A stretch of 64,000 nt of DNA from Calditrichales bacterium (lineage in GTDB: Bacteria; Calditrichota; Calditrichia; Calditrichales; J004): positions 64,001 to 128,000 of the forward strand of contig OZ254086.1 of the NCBI GenBank assembly GCA_965267575.1, given 5' to 3'. The translations under genes and the position numbers were made by a program. Positions 10,514 through 20,357 of the stretch are shown here, piece by piece; position 1 is the stretch's first letter; the number at the start of each line of letters is the position of its first letter. The notes under the pieces were generated by a model. That model had not been told where the DNA came from, did not search any database, and saw only the letters and a list, made by a program, of their open reading frames with translations.

Positions 10514-13500
10514 TTAATGTCCCGAATATACCCGGATATTGTTTTATTAAGCTTAGCCAGTCGTCTGTGTGCCCAAAGCGCAGAACCATATAGCCGCGGT
10601 CTTCCAGCTCATCGGTTTTCGCCGCGTCACGTTCCTTGCGCTCGGGATAATCATGATGGGGCCCGTCCACATAAACGGCAACCGCCTGCCCCTTGTAGAA
10701 GAAGTCCGGACGGGTCTGCATTTTTTCAATAAAATACTGCGCCTGGTCGGGCAATTTGAGTCCATGCTTTTCCAGAACGTACAGCCACTCACGCTCCAGT
10801 TGCGATTCACAGGCCGCTACCAATGCGCTGAGATGTTCTTCCCGGCTTTGCTGCCCCGGTGAATGACTTACGTTGCTTTGCGCCATTTCCATTAAAATAG
10901 CGGCAATGGCTTTGCGGTCCAGCAGTTCATGATCGCGTTGATTACCATAGTTCATCAGGCAGTCATAGCAGGCTGCTTCGCAGTCTTCACGGGCACCCGG
11001 CGCCCTGCCCTGATCATCGCCCGTTTCAGGCTCGTAATGGCATATTTCAAGCGCTTTCTTTGCCACCAGGGAAAATGCTTCCGGATCGGAAACAAGCCGC
11101 CTAAGCACACCTGCGCCCCCTTCAGCGGACTCGTAAAACAATATCTGCTGACGGTCTTGTGCCGTTGGTAACGGATCAACAGCCAGCTCATTGTCTTCCA
11201 GTTGATAGAGCACCTGGATGGCATTTTTTAATGCCGATTGCAGGGATGCCATCTCGGCTTCTGTCAAAGGTTTCAGCGGTTTGAAAATCAGGCTGTTGCG
11301 GCGGTCTTCCACATAAGGAATAACCCGTTCCACACGATCGGACATCTGTTCGTCGGTCCCGTTTTCACCATCCTGGACAAGCTGCTCATTGCGTTCCCAG
11401 AAACCGCGCTCTTTATCAATAAGGAAACCGACCTGGTTTGGATTTGCCCGGCGCCGCCAACCCAGGTTAACACGCCAGATGGTTGCCGTATGACCATAAA
11501 AAAGCTCAGCATAATCGCTGCCCTTTACCTGCAGTACACCTTTCTGGTATGCAGGACCATGGCCATGCTCGCCAAAACGCACGCCCGTCAGAATCTCATA
11601 TCCCAACCGCAAACGTTCTTCTTCATCCGAGCTGATACGGTCACGTCTCTTGGTAGATACATTCTGTAGTCTGAACAGAGAACGTAGTGGCTGCTCCAGG
11701 CGTGTACCGCAAAGCTCGCACATATCCTGATTGATTTCTTCATTGACCGGATGCAGGTAACCGCACTCCTGGCACACCTTGGCCTGGCTGGTATTCAGTT
11801 CATCGGAATCACGGACCGGCATGATCACTTTATTGATGATGTAACGTGAACCTTCATGGTAGATAATGGAACGCGGCCCGAACTCGGAAATCGCCAGGAA
11901 GCGCGGACGCGAAAGAAACTCATCCTTATCCTTTTGTTTTATACGTCGCGCAGCAATGTAGGCCGAAATGGGCAGTCTGGGGAAATTATAGCCGGGCAGG
12001 AAACCTTCACTGGCAAAATAACGGTAGCTGTAGAAATCCGATTGAACAATATTTTCAACTTCAGTCAACAGCTTTAGCTGTGCTTCCGCTTCCTTACGGA
12101 GTTGCTCTGCTTTGCGTCTGTCTTCTGCGCTGCGTGACGCATCATGGATAATTGCCGTCTGATTCTTCGCCTGATTCAATGCCGACCAATACAGCTCGCG
12201 CCAGCGGTTGCAGGCAATTTCGAAAGCCTGGTAAACCTGGTTCAATACATTATTGAGCCAATTATCTTTGTACCAATCACTCTTTTCCAATTCGCTCTTA
12301 ACAGAATTCAAGACCTGCTCTGCCAGGTTATGGGCCTGTAAGCGTTTCATTTTATCTTTCAATGCATCTTTGACTTCCTGAATCAAGTCCAGGGAAGGTT
12401 CGTCTCCGGCAAGGTCAAGAATATCCCTTAAGGATTTATGTAGATTCAAATTGGCTTCGCCCAGCCAAACGGCCTGGATATGCGCTTTGACCAGATCTTC
12501 ATTTGCCAGATCAATCCGCGGCGGTGATACTTTCCCGGATACCATCAGTTGTGGGCGTTTAAAGAAATATTGGTCATGAGAGCTGCCTGTAGAACAATAA
12601 CTAAAAACCAAAGCCGGCTGACCGCTACGACCCGCCCGACCACTTCTTTGCGCATAGTTGGCTGGTGTTGGCGGGATGTTGCGCATATTGACCACGTTGA
12701 GCTCGGCAATGTCCACACCCAACTCCATTGTAGGAGAGCAGAACAGAATGGGTAACTCGGCTTCTTTAAAGCGATTTTCCCGCTCTTCACGTTTCTCGTA
12801 GGGTACTTGAGCCGTATGTTCCCGGCCTTCAAAGGTAAGTGTCTTGAGTGCCGTTTCCTTGTAAAAATCGATAAAGAAAGGGTTCGTACGCATGCCTTCA
12901 TCCGGCCTGTTTGGAACGCGTATGGGGTCATAAAAGGCCTTCGTGCCATCACCAGCAATCCAGCGTAGACACGATGCTTTTAATTGATAGCCATGCAGGT
13001 TGTCCGGTTGCTGGTCTATAGCTTCAACAATGCCGGCAATTTCCAGGTTATGTAATATTTGGACAATAATCTCTTCCGTTTCCACAACCGACAACTTCTC
13101 ACCATATTCAGGCAGTGTCGGCCCCCTTCTAAGGTACATTCCGTAACCGCCGCGCCCGGACATGTAGACATTCCATTGCGAGTCTCCCGGACGGTTTCTG
13201 GATCTTGGATATAAGGTAGCTGAACTGGTCATGCGTTCGTCTTCATCAATGGCCCAGGGGGCAACAAGGTACTGGTTGCTTTGCTGCTTGATACGGTCCT
13301 GGAAGTAGGTATCCAGGTAATCCACTTTAATAGCCAGCTCACGACGCATAAAATCCAACAGCACTTTACAAATAGTGGCCCGAGTTTCGTGCGATGCTGA
13401 AATTAATGCCGGATGGCCACCGCTCCAGTCATCGTCGTTAGCGCAAAGCTCTTCCAATGACTCATATTGGATTTCCAGCATCCCACACTGCTCCAGGTTA

Positions 13501-15698
13501 GGCGAAGTAATGCGCCAACCTTTTTTGAGATCACGATAGATACGATAGCCCAGTACATTGCGCAACGCCTTTTTCGTCTCCGTCTCCGCCCTGTAACGCA
13601 CGGCAGGGTTAACAGCATATTCTTTCAACGGCAAATTCAAAGCATCAAATACCTTGTCTGCAATTTCATCATGTCCCAAGCCACCTGATCCGTAATCACT
13701 GACAGCTTTAAAAAGAGCCGCCCTAAGCCAGCCTATTTCAACAAAATCGTTGAAGTGTCCCGCCTGCAGCGACGCATCCTGGCGGTTGTCGGTAAAACTA
13801 AGCAGCTTTTTTGCCTGATTCCTGATTTCGGTATCATTTTTTAAATAGCGTATCGTGGAAAGCCCCAGAATGGTAGTAGCCGTGCTGCGGCCTTCCGATG
13901 AAAGGGTGGAAAGTTTGGGAAAATCAGAATATTGACGGATGCCGTAGGAAACACCACAATTAAGACAAAAGCGGAATGGTGACGCGAAGAATTGAAAAGA
14001 TAAGCCTGAATCATCGGTTCGTCCATTGGGCAATACGCCAACCGTAGACGGAAGATATTCCTGGCGATTGTTGCGCACAACAAGCCGGCCGTTTTGTTCA
14101 ATAATCCAGTCTTGTGGAAGCCGATCAATTATTTCTTCATCATTGTCCGGCCAGGGATTTGATTCACTTCTGAACAAAAATCCGGGAATGTCATTGTCTG
14201 CCTTCACCTGGTCGGAGAGCTCTCTGGCGCAAAACACTCTGTCACCGCCTTCATCATCGGCGCAATAACGCACCAGATAGTATTCCTGACCGCATTCTCT
14301 ACAGAACGCCATGGGCAGCAGTATCTTTTGACGATTGGCATTCGGCACATACTGCTGACCGGATACCGTCACATGGCGATCGTTCTCATCTTCAATGGAA
14401 CAGTAAACTGTATCGCCCTTGCTAATAAACTGATGTATCCTAAAGGCAAAGGGACGGAAGCCGGTTTGTGGATGCGGAGCACAAAAATGTCCTGCAAGCA
14501 ACGCTCTCTTTATTATGGAAGCACATTTATCAAAGGGTTCACCTGTAATCTGAGCAAGCTCTTTCGCAGCCCCATTGTTACCACCAATGGGTCTGGGAAT
14601 GGATCGAACCAGACGTCGCGTATCTGGCTCCTTGCTTAGCCCAAAAGTGCTCTCAATCCAGGATGCCAAGGGATCTTCAATAAACGTGTTGTATTCTGTA
14701 GGAAACGAATTATCCTGAGCAACGCGTTGCTTTAACCTGTTTACGTAGTCCGGGTTTTTAACGCTCTGTTCTTCAGTTACTCGCTTTAAAGTTTCGCCTA
14801 TCACATGTTCCGGCATCACCGGAGAGCCAAATAATTGCGTAGCGACTTCAGCGATCTTCTTTTGCTGATCGATAAAAGTGCCTTCTGTAGAAAGTGTGGC
14901 CGAAGTCCCAACATATTGAAGGTCACGCGCTTCGAGTTTTTGCTTTACCCTGCGTGCCAGATAAGCCACGTCTGCCCCTTGCCGGCCGCGATAGGTGTGT
15001 AACTCATCAAAAACCAGAAACTTCAAATCCATAGCTGCAGATATCAATTGCTTTTCGTCAGTTCGAGTTAGAATGAGCTCCAGCATTACATAATTGGTTA
15101 ATAAAATATCAGGCGGATTATTAAGAATTTCATTCTTCTGTTCCTGGCTCTCCTGTCCCGTATATCTGGCAAACTTTACAGGCGCCGCACCCTTGGGATA
15201 GCCGTACTCAATAAACTTCTCCAGTTCACCAAGCTGACTATTCGCCAGTGCGTTCATTGGGTATACAACAATGGCCTTAATTCCCTTTCCTGAGCCATTA
15301 CGCAAAACATAGTCCACAATCGGGATGATGTATGCCAGGCTCTTTCCCGAACCGGTTCCGGTGGTTAGCACATAGTTTTGATTTGTCTTTGCAGCACGGA
15401 CAGCATCCGATTGATGCTTATGCAGACGCAACGGCTTCCCTGGATCATCCGGCTTTTCTTTTATCTTGAAGATCCGGTTACACTCCGAATGTAAAACGTT
15501 TTCATTCACCAGATCTGTAATGCGACTGCCTTGTTCGAAAGATGGGTTTAATTGAATGAGCGCTTCCGGCCAAAGGTCACCACGCTCAAACATATCATCC
15601 ACATATTCACGAATCTTTCGGTCTTTTATGTGAAGGAAACTTTGAATATAGGAATTGTAGTCTCGAATTAAGGACTCGCGCAGATCAAAAACATCCAT
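10503..15698 (-). CDS. YprA-family DEAD/DEAH helicase with DUF1998 and C-terminal DUF559/Vsr-like endonuclease
   Basis: TGTGSGKS, YPMNALANSQ, DELHTYRG, TSAT, ELGVDI, QRSGRAGR and several CxxC pairs. DUF1998 segment ESAEGGAG...CEAACYDCL. C-terminus ESQLE...PDFFY...VYVDGPHHD...RGYMVLRF. Confidence 0.92.
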   Translation of the reverse strand: MDVFDLRESLIRDYNSYIQSFLHIKDRKIREYVDDMFERGDLWPEALIQLNPSFEQGSRITDLVNENVLHSECNRIFKIKEKPDDPGKPLRLHKHQSDAVRAAKTNQNYVLTTGTGSGKSLAYIIPIVDYVLRNGSGKGIKAIVVYPMNALANSQLGELEKFIEYGYPKGAAPVKFARYTGQESQEQKNEILNNPPDILLTNYVMLELILTRTDEKQLISAAMDLKFLVFDELHTYRGRQGADVAYLARRVKQKLEARDLQYVGTSATLSTEGTFIDQQKKIAEVATQLFGSPVMPEHVIGETLKRVTEEQSVKNPDYVNRLKQRVAQDNSFPTEYNTFIEDPLASWIESTFGLSKEPDTRRLVRSIPRPIGGNNGAAKELAQITGEPFDKCASIIKRALLAGHFCAPHPQTGFRPFAFRIHQFISKGDTVYCSIEDENDRHVTVSGQQYVPNANRQKILLPMAFCRECGQEYYLVRYCADDEGGDRVFCARELSDQVKADNDIPGFLFRSESNPWPDNDEEIIDRLPQDWIIEQNGRLVVRNNRQEYLPSTVGVLPNGRTDDSGLSFQFFASPFRFCLNCGVSYGIRQYSDFPKLSTLSSEGRSTATTILGLSTIRYLKNDTEIRNQAKKLLSFTDNRQDASLQAGHFNDFVEIGWLRAALFKAVSDYGSGGLGHDEIADKVFDALNLPLKEYAVNPAVRYRAETETKKALRNVLGYRIYRDLKKGWRITSPNLEQCGMLEIQYESLEELCANDDDWSGGHPALISASHETRATICKVLLDFMRRELAIKVDYLDTYFQDRIKQQSNQYLVAPWAIDEDERMTSSATLYPRSRNRPGDSQWNVYMSGRGGYGMYLRRGPTLPEYGEKLSVVETEEIIVQILHNLEIAGIVEAIDQQPDNLHGYQLKASCLRWIAGDGTKAFYDPIRVPNRPDEGMRTNPFFIDFYKETALKTLTFEGREHTAQVPYEKREERENRFKEAELPILFCSPTMELGVDIAELNVVNMRNIPPTPANYAQRSGRAGRSGQPALVFSYCSTGSSHDQYFFKRPQLMVSGKVSPPRIDLANEDLVKAHIQAVWLGEANLNLHKSLRDILDLAGDEPSLDLIQEVKDALKDKMKRLQAHNLAEQVLNSVKSELEKSDWYKDNWLNNVLNQVYQAFEIACNRWRELYWSALNQAKNQTAIIHDASRSAEDRRKAEQLRKEAEAQLKLLTEVENIVQSDFYSYRYFASEGFLPGYNFPRLPISAYIAARRIKQKDKDEFLSRPRFLAISEFGPRSIIYHEGSRYIINKVIMPVRDSDELNTSQAKVCQECGYLHPVNEEINQDMCELCGTRLEQPLRSLFRLQNVSTKRRDRISSDEEERLRLGYEILTGVRFGEHGHGPAYQKGVLQVKGSDYAELFYGHTATIWRVNLGWRRRANPNQVGFLIDKERGFWERNEQLVQDGENGTDEQMSDRVERVIPYVEDRRNSLIFKPLKPLTEAEMASLQSALKNAIQVLYQLEDNELAVDPLPTAQDRQQILFYESAEGGAGVLRRLVSDPEAFSLVAKKALEICHYEPETGDDQGRAPGAREDCEAACYDCLMNYGNQRDHELLDRKAIAAILMEMAQSNVSHSPGQQSREEHLSALVAACESQLEREWLYVLEKHGLKLPDQAQYFIEKMQTRPDFFYKGQAVAVYVDGPHHDYPERKERDAAKTDELEDRGYMVLRFGHTDDWLSLIKQYPGIFGTLNEL

Positions 15699-15822
15699 GG
15701 TTTTTTACCCATTTATGGAAATTGGATTGTTGAAAAGTATATAGATCAGTGGTTATATACAATAGTGATCGAGCTTACGATGTAGAAATATTTTTATACA
15801 CAACAAAAGTAGGGACAAAATT

Positions 15823-16248
15823 ATGGGCCAGCACGATAAATATGGAAAAGAGGTTTTAAAATCAGCATTTGGAGAAAGAGTTGAAATAACAGGACAGAAA
15901 ACAGAAGTTCAATTAGGTAATAAGGGCAGACCAGCAAGAATAGATGCGGTCATAGATGGTGAGATTGCAGTAGAAATTGAATCTCGAACCGGCAAACAGG
16001 TACGAGGAGCAATTATTGATTTGCTGATATCAAAACACAAAAAAATGCTGCTAATATTGTTGCCTGTTCATATGTCCAACGCGGAAATAACAAAAGCTCA
16101 ATGTAAGCACATTTTTAAAGAGCTTAATCCAGATAAGAAATATGAAGTTATTGTTTTTGAAGAATATCGTGGTAAAATTATTCCAGAGGTAAAATCGATT
16201 CACAAAAGGGCAGTAAGCCAGGCAGTGGATCGGCTTAAAGGTCTTTAG
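15823..16248 (+). CDS. Small PD-(D/E)xK-like nuclease-fold protein
   Basis: H-D...RIDAVIDGEIAVEIESR pattern; divergent from the helicase operon. Confidence 0.5.
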   Translation: MGQHDKYGKEVLKSAFGERVEITGQKTEVQLGNKGRPARIDAVIDGEIAVEIESRTGKQVRGAIIDLLISKHKKMLLILLPVHMSNAEITKAQCKHIFKELNPDKKYEVIVFEEYRGKIIPEVKSIHKRAVSQAVDRLKGL

Positions 16249-16383
16249 GCAATTTTCGCGTATACTTTTACGCTGTTTTCCAAGGAGATTTATTTAGCTT
16301 TTGAATGTCATCAAATTTTACAAAGCATCCTTATCTTATATCTTTGAATTAGCAATTTTATTTCAGGCTTTTTACATTAGATT

Positions 16384-17838
16384 ATGCATTATACACTTAC
16401 GAAATCCAAGTATCTCAATGCATTACAGTGTGCAGGATGGCTATGGCTGGAAAAAAACCAACCTAAGCTTGCTGCGCCTTTATCTGCGGCAGATAAGTAC
16501 GCAATAAAAAAGGGAAATGACGTCCATAAATTTGCACAATTAGCATTTGACAATGGAGTAAATGCCTATCGCCAGGACTTAGATGAAGCGATTGAAGCCA
16601 CAAAAAGCGCAATCAATAAGAGTGAAGTAATTTTTGAACCATCCTTTGTCTTTGATGAAGTTTTAGTAAGAAGTGATATACTTAAGAAAAATTCAAACGG
16701 ATGGGACTTAATTGAGGTGAAATCTTCAACTAGGGTAAAAGAAGAATTTATACCAGACCTGGCCATTCAAAAGTATGTATTAGAACAAAACGGTTTAGAG
16801 ATAAACAAATGTGATCTGATGTTTATTAACAAGGAGTGTGAATATCCTAATCTTGATAACCTATTTGAATATCAGAACTTGGACGATGAGATAAATGCTC
16901 ATATAGAAATAGTTCCAAAAAAGATATCATTCTTTAAAGAAGTTCTAAATAGTCCACATAAATATGACAAGGGAATAGGTGATCATTGTAAAAAACCACT
17001 ATCCTGTCCTTTTCAAGACCATTGTTGGCAAAGCATACCAAAACATTCAATCTATTCTGTTCCACGGCTACGTTGGGAGAAAAAACAACAACTCATCGAT
17101 GATGGTATTATAAAAATCGTTGATATACCTGATACTTTCCCATTAACAGATTTACAAAAAAGCTATGTTAATGCTGTTAAACAGGAATCTATATATATAA
17201 ATAAAAACGGTATTAGAGATGATTTAAATAGTTTTAATTTCCCTATCTACTTTTTAGATTTTGAAACAGATACATTTCCAATACCAAGATATGAAAAACA
17301 ATGTCCGTATGACTTAGTGCCATTCCAATACTCCTGCCACATATTACATGAAGACGGCAGCCTCGAACATAAAGAATTTTTGCACTCTGATTTAGAAGAC
17401 CCAAGACCTCCCTTTATTGAATCACTAATAACATGCGTTTCAAATGCTTCTGGATCAATTGTCGCATACAATGCTTCTTTCGAAAAAAGGGTGTTAAATA
17501 TTCTTGCTGAAAGCTTTCCTAATTACGCTACTCTGCTAGTGGATTTTGCTAATCGATTATTTGACCTATTATTGACTGTTAGAAATAATTATAACCATCC
17601 TGACTTCGAAGGTTCTTTTTCATTAAAGAAAGTCTTGCCGGTGTTGGCGCCTGATTTGACTTATACTAATCTGGCTGTACAAAAAGGAGATGATGCTTCC
17701 GCTTTCTGGAATGACATGATTCATGAGAAGGATGCAGGAAAAAAGAATAGGTCTATTAAATCATTAAAAGAATATTGTAAATTAGATACATTAGCGATGG
17801 TCAGAATATACGAATATTTGAAAACTGTTTCTCAATAA
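16384..17838 (+). CDS. DUF2779-family protein: Cas4/RecB-like Fe-S nuclease plus DEDD/RNase H-like exonuclease
   Basis: LTKSKY...QC, RSDIL...LIEVKSST and CxxPxxCPFxxxC in the N-terminal half. FLDFET...YNASFEK...DL...YCKLDT in the C-terminal half. Confidence 0.8.
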   Translation: MHYTLTKSKYLNALQCAGWLWLEKNQPKLAAPLSAADKYAIKKGNDVHKFAQLAFDNGVNAYRQDLDEAIEATKSAINKSEVIFEPSFVFDEVLVRSDILKKNSNGWDLIEVKSSTRVKEEFIPDLAIQKYVLEQNGLEINKCDLMFINKECEYPNLDNLFEYQNLDDEINAHIEIVPKKISFFKEVLNSPHKYDKGIGDHCKKPLSCPFQDHCWQSIPKHSIYSVPRLRWEKKQQLIDDGIIKIVDIPDTFPLTDLQKSYVNAVKQESIYINKNGIRDDLNSFNFPIYFLDFETDTFPIPRYEKQCPYDLVPFQYSCHILHEDGSLEHKEFLHSDLEDPRPPFIESLITCVSNASGSIVAYNASFEKRVLNILAESFPNYATLLVDFANRLFDLLLTVRNNYNHPDFEGSFSLKKVLPVLAPDLTYTNLAVQKGDDASAFWNDMIHEKDAGKKNRSIKSLKEYCKLDTLAMVRIYEYLKTVSQ

Positions 17839-18914
17839 TCTCATGTTTGCGTGAGTCCATTTCCCTCGGCTGTAAGATAGGCCTATTCCGTAGCAGACAC
17901 ACAAAAAAAGGTTATGCTAAATAAAGCTACTTTGATGTATATTGCACAATATAAGACGTTTTTACCTTAAGTATTTATTTTTAAATGACTTATAACCCCA
18001 CCCTAGTTTATTAGTATGTGGGATAGAGCAGAATTGGGGTTTGCATACCACTACCCCACTAAAAAACTGGGGCCTATTTGAACATGCCCCCATCTGATTT
18101 ATCAGTTCTAAGAATCAGTGTTTATCTTGATTAAAATACAGCCCAGCTCAACTATTAAAGCTATTCCGCATAATATAATAGCTAAAGTTACCTGTTGCAT
18201 CCACGTTTACTCAACGTGGCCACCATTAATCCAATGGTCATTTACTCCGGCATAAATTGTCGCTGATATCTCATCCCAAAGTCTAGATGAGCAAATTTAA
18301 AATAGAACTCGTCTCTATTTATGCTAATTTAATATAGGTAGATAATAATCACTTTACAAACTTGAGAAAAAAAATCATAACTGGGTTCTTTTCGATTAAT
18401 CTTCGTTAGTTCAATTGTCTTTAAAACCGATTAGTTACAAATTTTGTAACTGATCATCTCCCAATTAAGCCATTTCTATACCGTGATTTTGCTATCGGTT
18501 ATCTAATAATCAAATTAAAAAAATAATCAAATGGACGTAGTGATTGGATTCTGTTCCAATAAATGGAACAGAGTATTTAGGCTGTCGTTTTGGCGCACTT
18601 GACTGTCATTTTTGCATTTTTAGTAATTATTTCGTATATTTATTTATAGTTAGTTAAACACTTAAAAGGAGATAAAACAATGACTTAGAGTACGCAATAT
18701 ATAAATGGGTAATCGGTCTTACCCGTGTCCAATAAACAGCTTTATAGCACGTATTGGCATTCTTTCAAAGACATTATTAGTGCGTTTTACACACCGAAAA
18801 ACGCCCGTTCCTTATAACAATAAAGGATTAGTCTCCATTAATTAGTTATAAAATCCTAATCAAAACGTGCGTTTAATTTTCAAAACTAACCTAAATAGAG
18901 AGGAGAAGTACGTC

Positions 18915-19865
18915 ATGTTTGATCGTATATCCATATATCTTCCTAAATCTAATTACCCTTATGGGTTGAAGAAAAAGCAAGTCGGCAAAATTTGTATACA
19001 GTCCGATGATCGTGGTGGAAAAATCGATTTTAACCCAAACAGTTATTTTGATTCTACCAACTATAATCCGGTCGACTACGATGAATTCACAGAGGTTGTT
19101 GACGATGTTATCAAACGCGTCCAGGCGCAGAATATCGATATTGACGAAGGCAACATTGAGCTCTGTAGTATTGAGCTTTATCGTGATATAATCGCAGATT
19201 TCTGTTTTGAAAAATATATACCGCTATTTTTGTTTTTCAAGATGGCCCGGACCAAGCATAAGAAGATCAAGAATAGCTACTATTGGATAAATGGTGAACG
19301 TGAGTTCTACATTTATGACAAAAAAGCTCAATTGTGCAAATACTGTCTTAATGAATCTAATGTCCCGGATAATCTTATTCGCTTTGAGATGCGATTTAAG
19401 AACAAAGACTCTATAAAGCGACACTTGGGCATCAATAACTTAAATGAAGTTTTAAATAAAGAGCGTTACAATTCTCTAGGTTTGGTTTTTCAGGAACAGT
19501 TAGAAAAGGCAGTATTACGGTTCGGTAAACCGGCTCCACGAAAGCTAATTTCATTCTCCAGGGAACTAGACGCGCTAAAGGGTTATATTCAAAATTACGG
19601 AGGATTTAAGGATTACGTAGTGTCGCACGGTCTTCGAAACTTAATCGATCACTATGGATCATTAGACAATTTTAAACAGGTCTTATTGTCAATTGGTATA
19701 AATAAGGGTACTGTTTACAAAAACGTCCGCAAGCTCCAATTAATATTAAACGATGTTTCTGAGTTTCCTGCGGAGCATGTACATTGTTCATTAATTCGGA
19801 ATTACAGAGAAATAAAGCGAAAGCTGTTTGCTCCATACACGGTCGAAAGAAGGGAGGTGGCATGA
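18915..19865 (+). CDS. Phage/plasmid replication initiation protein, gene II/X-like family
   Basis: ATG at 18915 after a GAGGAGA RBS. The motifs MFDRI, IELYRD, FYIYDKKAQL and NLIRFEMRF are typical of gpII/X (Phage_CRI/Rep_trans-like) initiators. The stop overlaps the next start (ATGA). Confidence 0.7.
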   Translation: MFDRISIYLPKSNYPYGLKKKQVGKICIQSDDRGGKIDFNPNSYFDSTNYNPVDYDEFTEVVDDVIKRVQAQNIDIDEGNIELCSIELYRDIIADFCFEKYIPLFLFFKMARTKHKKIKNSYYWINGEREFYIYDKKAQLCKYCLNESNVPDNLIRFEMRFKNKDSIKRHLGINNLNEVLNKERYNSLGLVFQEQLEKAVLRFGKPAPRKLISFSRELDALKGYIQNYGGFKDYVVSHGLRNLIDHYGSLDNFKQVLLSIGINKGTVYKNVRKLQLILNDVSEFPAEHVHCSLIRNYREIKRKLFAPYTVERREVA

Positions 19866-20209
19866 GTAATATGAGACAAAATAAAAACAATTTTCAAAGC
19901 GCATCCATTGATCGCGATGGAATTCTGGATATGATATTGGAAAAAATAAGTAAGCTCGAAAAAGCATTGCACATAAACTCAAAGCCCTTTTTAAATGTTA
20001 AGGAGTTGAGTAAGCTTACAGGAATTCCTCAAAATACAATATACCAATACACCCACAACAACATTATTCCATACCATAAAGTAGGAAAGCGTATTTTCTT
20101 TAATCGGGAAGAAATTGAAGCGTTCATACTTGATGATATGAAGCGCTATAAATCAAGCAAAGAAATTGAAGCGGAAGCAAAGAGGTATGCAGCAACATCT
20201 GGTTGGTAA
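19862..20209 (+). CDS. Excisionase-like helix-turn-helix (HTH_17) protein
   Basis: ATG at 19862 after GGAGGTGG. KPFLNVKELSKLTGIPQNTIYQYTHNNIIPYHKVGKRIFFNREEIEAFI is a typical Xis/HTH_17 sequence. Confidence 0.85.
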   Translation: MSNMRQNKNNFQSASIDRDGILDMILEKISKLEKALHINSKPFLNVKELSKLTGIPQNTIYQYTHNNIIPYHKVGKRIFFNREEIEAFILDDMKRYKSSKEIEAEAKRYAATSGW

Positions 20210-20219
20210 ACACTCTGAT

Positions 20220-20243
20220 GCCCGCCTTTCGGCGGGCTTTTTT
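20220..20243 (+). terminator. Rho-independent terminator after xis
   Basis: GCCCGCC-TTTC-GGCGGGC followed by TTTTTT. Confidence 0.85.
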
Positions 20244-20357
20244 AGTATATATTTGAATGTATTAAGATTAAAAATCATCGTACTTATTCCAACCAACCAA
20301 TATCAGCTAACTAAAAAAATCTATAATTTACAACCAATGGAAATAAGCAACCTGCAA

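Noticed and set aside
4490-14639. Many + strand ORFs over the methylase and helicase genes
   Set aside because: Antisense or alternate-frame artefacts of long coding genes.
3719-15698. Canonical DISARM or BREX assignment
   Set aside because: No separate drmA/drmB, no PLD drmC, and no pglZ or brxC in the window.
16384-17838. Calling this gene cas4 or inferring a CRISPR-Cas locus
   Set aside because: No repeat-spacer array or other cas genes were seen; the Cas4-like domain is fused to a DUF2779-type exonuclease region.
17839-18420. Pseudogene or ncRNA in the long intergenic region
   Set aside because: No sustained reading frame or recognisable RNA structure could be supported by eye.
18915-20209. 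Prophage
   Set aside because: No terminase, portal, tail, Zot or lysis genes; only rep and xis.
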